From the human T2T-CHM13v2.0 reference genome, Homo sapiens, in the NCBI RefSeq assembly GCF_009914755.1, contig NC_060926.1: a stretch of 64,000 nucleotides of DNA; one strand, written 5' to 3'. This document shows positions 59,201 through 64,000 of this stretch, piece after piece; positions within the stretch are counted from its first letter, which is position 1; every line of letters begins with the position of its first letter. The notes beneath the pieces are model-generated. The model saw only the letters and a list, made by a program, of their open reading frames with translations, was not told the DNA's origin and made no database searches. Made by a program: the position numbers and the translations under genes.

Positions 59201-60530
59201 TGATTCCAGGTTTGCCCACACATTCTAGTTGAACCTACATAAGAGACTATTGTCCTTGAAGCAGACATCCTGGATTCATATGCCCTCTTCCATTTCCTCT
59301 GAGAAAAGGTTTTTTTTTTTTTTTCTTCTTCTTCTTTTAATTTTTATATTTGTATCTGAGACTTCAACTCTAAGAACAAAAAAAAGGTGCCAGGTGCCCC
59401 TTTTCCATTCCCTCCCTCATGCTGGTCTCTGGCCCACTCCAGGGAGCACTCACCCGCCTTTAGCCCGAGCCATGGGGACACAGTGTGTCCAGTGGTCACC
59501 TATGTGCTTTCCTCCTCTTCCCACTCCCACCCTGGTTAAAGCCAGGAAAACCTTTCCAAGGAGGAGAACTTTCTTGCCTGTGTTCTGATCTCAGGCTTAT
59601 TCCTGACCTTGCTAAATAGTTAGAAGGGTGGTTGCAAATGGCAAACTTCTAGCGAGCGTCATGAGCCTACCATGTCTGTGGGAGGAAGGTAGGACGCCAT
59701 TGGCACCAACCTGTCACCTCAGGTTATGAAAAGACTCCTCTGCGGCCCTTCTGCTGCTCCCCAGATCCCTAACATTGCCGAAGTGCCAGAGGCAATGCTA
59801 GGGCAAGTGCTAGAGGAAAGTCTGTTCCTTTGTCCCATCGAGAACATCTGTTTTCCTGGGTAGCGTAGACAAAATGCTGTATGGTGAGGAATCTGACACT
59901 GTGGCGTAGTGGGGACAAAGGTGTCATGTTTGGTGGTGGAGAGGCCTGGTTTGGCTAAAGCTGTGTCTGTTTTTCTGCATGCTTTTGTGTGGATTTATCA
60001 GATGACATTCCTGCTGTTTAAATGGCCTTTGTAACTCTGGAGGAATGAGAGGCACTGTCTGTCTCAGTTAACGCCAACTGAGGCAGGCAGGCAGGCAGCC
60101 AGCTACAAGCTTAGTCGTGTGTTGCTTTTATTTTGTTCTGCACTGAAGCGCTGAAGTTCTCCTCCCTGTCTTGCTAATAATGACAAATAGTGAAGCTCCC
60201 AAGTAGTGTGGTAGGCTACCCAGAACAGACTGACGAAGCTGAATGTGTATGGCTAAATGGTTTGGGAAGACTTCTTTATGATATATAATAGATAAATATA
60301 ATTTTAAATGGATTACCTTTTTTGGCATATTCCCGCACAGTGAGAGGAGTTGGCACTCCCCATAGTCCCTTAAAGATACATCCCATTCTCTCTATTAAGA
60401 GGTTTTCAGTATTTTTAATGAGTGTGTAGATACCTCCTAGTCAAACACAGCTGACTCCTGGGAAGAACTTGCTTTTCAAAATGAAGGGCAAGGGACTGTG
60501 GCTATTTCTGAGTCTGAGAATCCATACAAT

Positions 60531-60691
60531 TCCTTCCCTTCCCTCCCCTCCCCTCCCCTCCCCTCCCTTCCCCTCCCCTCCCCTCCCCTCCCCTCCCCTC
60601 CCCTCCCCTCCCCTCCCTTCCCCTCCCCTCCCCTCCCCTCCCTTCCCCTCCCCTCCCCTCCCCTCCCCTCCCTTCCCTTCCCTTCCTTCCC
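60531..60691. repeat. (CCCCT)n/(CCCTT)n pentanucleotide repeat
   Basis: About 160 bp of pure pyrimidine repeat. Confidence 0.97.
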
Positions 60692-60735
60692 ATCTCAAAA
60701 AAGAGGAGTTTCCTCCCTTCCTCCCTTCCTTCCTC

Positions 60736-61061
<326 letters not shown>

Positions 61062-61124
61062 TAAGACAGAGTCTTGGTCTGTATGTACCCCTTTTTTCGC
61101 TCTGTTGTCTTAAACATTTTCTTA

Positions 61125-61403
61125 GGCTGGGCAAGATGGCTCACGCCTGTAATCCCAGCACTCTGGGAGGCCGAGTGGGGAAGCTCGCTTGAGTTCAGGA
61201 GTTTGAGACCAGCCTGGGCAACATGTGAAACTCTGTCTCTACAATAAATATAAAAATTAGCCAGGCATGGTGGCACACAGCTGTGGTTCCAGCTACTTGG
61301 AGGCTGAGGTGGGAGGATTGCCCGAGCCTGGGAGGTCAAGGCTGCAGCGAGCCATGATTGCGGCACTGCACTGCAGCCCGGGTGACAGAGCAAGACCTCA
61401 AAA
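61125..61403 (+). mobile_element. Alu (AluJ-like)
   Basis: Dimeric consensus. Confidence 0.92.
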
Positions 61404-62005
61404 CCTATTTTCTCATTTAGGCCATTCATATCCCTTAGTCTGCTTGAAATAACCCAGCAGCCAATATATCTTCATTATCGGAATCACCCACAGGAAGTCA
61501 GCCTTCATGACGTTGTACTTCTGGTAGTCTAGTCAGCCACTGTCTGCAGTCCCTGATCATCTTCTAAGGTTTGTTTGTAAACATGTGGTCTGCAACCAAG
61601 AATTTAGGATGTCCAAATATGGCAAGTTTTTGCCCTCTCTGCTATCTAGTAACATGAGTAATAATCTTTGCTCTCCAACACTTTTTATTTGTCCCAACCA
61701 TTGTCCTAATATTGTAACTGTAATGCAGCAAATTAGTTGCCTGAGTTAAAAGAAAAAAAAAAATCAACCCTTGGCCCTTAAGACGTCTTTTAATACAATG
61801 ATGTGTTAGTCAACCAAATGATGACCTCAAATGGCTCTGGCCAAGGCCATGTGTGTTGTTTTCCAGCTTTAAAAACCTACTTGCGCGCCTCTTGCCAACC
61901 TTCCTCCAGTGTCAAAGTGTCATCTGCAAGGACTGTTGTCTGATTGTTCCTGAGGGTCGTAGGCTTTTGGTGGGATCTTAATTCCATTCTCTTTGACGTC
62001 TTTAG

Positions 62006-62130
62006 CTGTGAAAATTAAGAAGCCAATCAAGACGAAGTTCAGAATGCCAGTGTTTAACTGGGTTGCTCTGAAGCCCAATCAGATCAATGGCACAGTCTTC
62101 AATGAAATTGATGATGAGCGAATTCTGGAG
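62006..62130 (+). CDS. FMNL2: FMNL2 coding exon (125 bp), start of FH2
   Basis: ctttag|CT GTG...; (A)[41 protein letters not shown] (FH2 lasso motif); donor GAG|gtattt; phase 1 to 0. Confidence 0.96.
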
Positions 62131-62575
62131 GTATTTTTCTCATTGGTTAGAAACTAGAGGTGCACTCTGTGCAGCAAAGCCGGCATGGGTGTTCTGTTAA
62201 CCTGGAAGTGTCAGAGATAAAGTACTAGTGTTTTAAGTCCCCTGATGTAAAGAAGAAACATGTATGTAATATTGGAGAATAACATTTGACACTGTTTTGT
62301 AAGGTGGCTCTAAAACTGTTCAAAGAGTTATGTTAAATTGGAATAAATGCTTTTGAGCATCTTTAGTGTATGCCACAGAATATAGATCTGACATAATAAT
62401 TCCTTCCCTTAATTGAGAGAAAGACATAAAAACTTTTGGACTGCAAGTGAGCTCAATTATCACACTCACTGCCTTATCTGATGGATAATTTTAATCTGTG
62501 GCAGCTGTCTGTGCAAGCTAATTATTGAAAAGTAATTGAATTAGTGGGTTAGAATCGGTAGTCTAATGTTCACTT

Positions 62576-62904
62576 ATTTTTTTATTTTATTTTATTTTTA
62601 AATTATTATTATTATTATTTTTTGAGACGGAGTCTCACTCTGTCGCCCAGGCTGGAATGCAGTGGCGCAACCTCGGCTCACTGCAACCTCTTCCTCCTAG
62701 GTTCAAGCAATTCTCTGGCTTAGCCTCCCAAGTAGCTGAGATTACAGGCACACACTACCATGTCTGGCTATTCTTTGTGTTTTTAGTAGAGAGCGCATTT
62801 CATCATGTTGGCCAGGCTGGTCTCAAACTCCTGACCTTAAGTGATCCACCCGCCTTGGCCTCCCAAAGTGCTGGGATTACAGGCATAAGCCACCACATCC
62901 GACC
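62576..62904 (-). mobile_element. Alu (AluS-like)
   Basis: Reverse dimeric consensus; atgttcactt flanks both ends. Confidence 0.94.
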
Positions 62905-63092
62905 TATGTTCACTTTTGTGTATGTGCCAGAAGTTGTACTATAACAAAAACAAGAAAAATAGAGGAAGCCATGGCCAAAGACAAGTACTTAATAGAAAAA
63001 GTGACGTTTTTGCTTAAGAAACTAACTGGTGGCTTCCGGACTTCATTTTTAAATATAATCCAATTTTCCATGGTCATTCCTCTCTATCTTAG

Positions 63093-63295
63093 GATTTAAA
63101 TGTGGATGAATTTGAGGAAATATTCAAGACAAAAGCCCAAGGACCTGCCATTGATCTTTCTTCAAGCAAACAGAAGATACCACAGAAGGGATCAAACAAA
63201 GTGACATTACTAGAAGCAAACAGGGCCAAAAATCTTGCCATAACTTTAAGGAAAGCTGGAAAGACTGCTGATGAAATATGTAAAGCTATTCATGT
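63093..63295 (+). CDS. FMNL2: FMNL2 coding exon (203 bp), FH2
   Basis: tcttag|GAT TTA...; [67 protein letters not shown](V); includes the NLAITL motif typical of FH2; donor TGT|gtaagt; phase 0 to 2. Confidence 0.96.
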
Positions 63296-64000
63296 GTAAG
63301 TTCAGGAAAACTATATTCTAGTTAGTTTATGATAAAATGAAAATGAGAAAGTTATGAATTAGTAGATGACAAATATTTCAATAGTGAGACAAGACCTAAG
63401 ATAAAAGCTGGAGCAATTTTTGATATCCACACTTGAGAGATCTGAACTCTGTGTGTGCTACTTCAAAGTTGAATATGATGCCAACACGAAAGAGGTAGAC
63501 CAGAAATCACCCTGGGGAGTGTTGTATTAGAACCAGTAACTAATTGTTTTAGAAGAATAACATCTGGATTGTGACATCATTTATTATCTGGGTCTACTCT
63601 CTTATGCGGGCCTCCAGCAATGCTTACATAAAAGGAAAGTTGAGCTGAGCGTGGCAGATGTTAAGAAAAGGTAGAAAATGTCAGTTTTCTCTGGAGTATC
63701 TGGATTTTATCCAGATTTGTTGAATACAAATTTGATGGCATTTGTGGAATGATACAGTTCAATGCCAGATGCAAATATGATACAGATGCATATTTTAATT
63801 CGTAACAACAGGAATGTGAATTGTTTTGCTTTCAGTACTTTCAGGACATTTTAAACAAAGTTCATTTTTTACTCTTGAACTGCATAGAAGGCATTGGTTT
63901 TACTCCTCTATTAGAAGAATCCTTCTATTCTTCTTGTGGCCATGGTGACTTTCAAATGTGATGAAGACATTATTAAATGTTTTAGGAACTAATTATTTAT

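Overview
Primate (almost certainly human) genomic DNA, AT-rich and dense in Alu, L1, L2, MIR, LTR and DNA-transposon relics. The whole window lies inside the + strand formin gene FMNL2. Eleven internal coding exons (probably exons 7-17, numbering from recall) were read directly from the sequence. All have GT-AG boundaries and mutually consistent phases, and encode the GBD/FH3 armadillo region, the coiled coil, the poly-proline FH1 domain and the start of the FH2 domain. Nearly all other ORFs in the track are Alu, microsatellite or chance ORFs. I found no new multi-gene system. The best candidate for something hidden is an 18-nt in-frame microexon (241-258) with the architecture of a neural SRRM4-type microexon. 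Other leads are inverted-Alu-flanked phase-0 exons (possible stop-free circRNA), a CA repeat next to an isolated exon, a CpG-rich 36-bp duplication and a template-switch scar inside an LTR. Repeat boundaries and subfamily calls are by eye and approximate.
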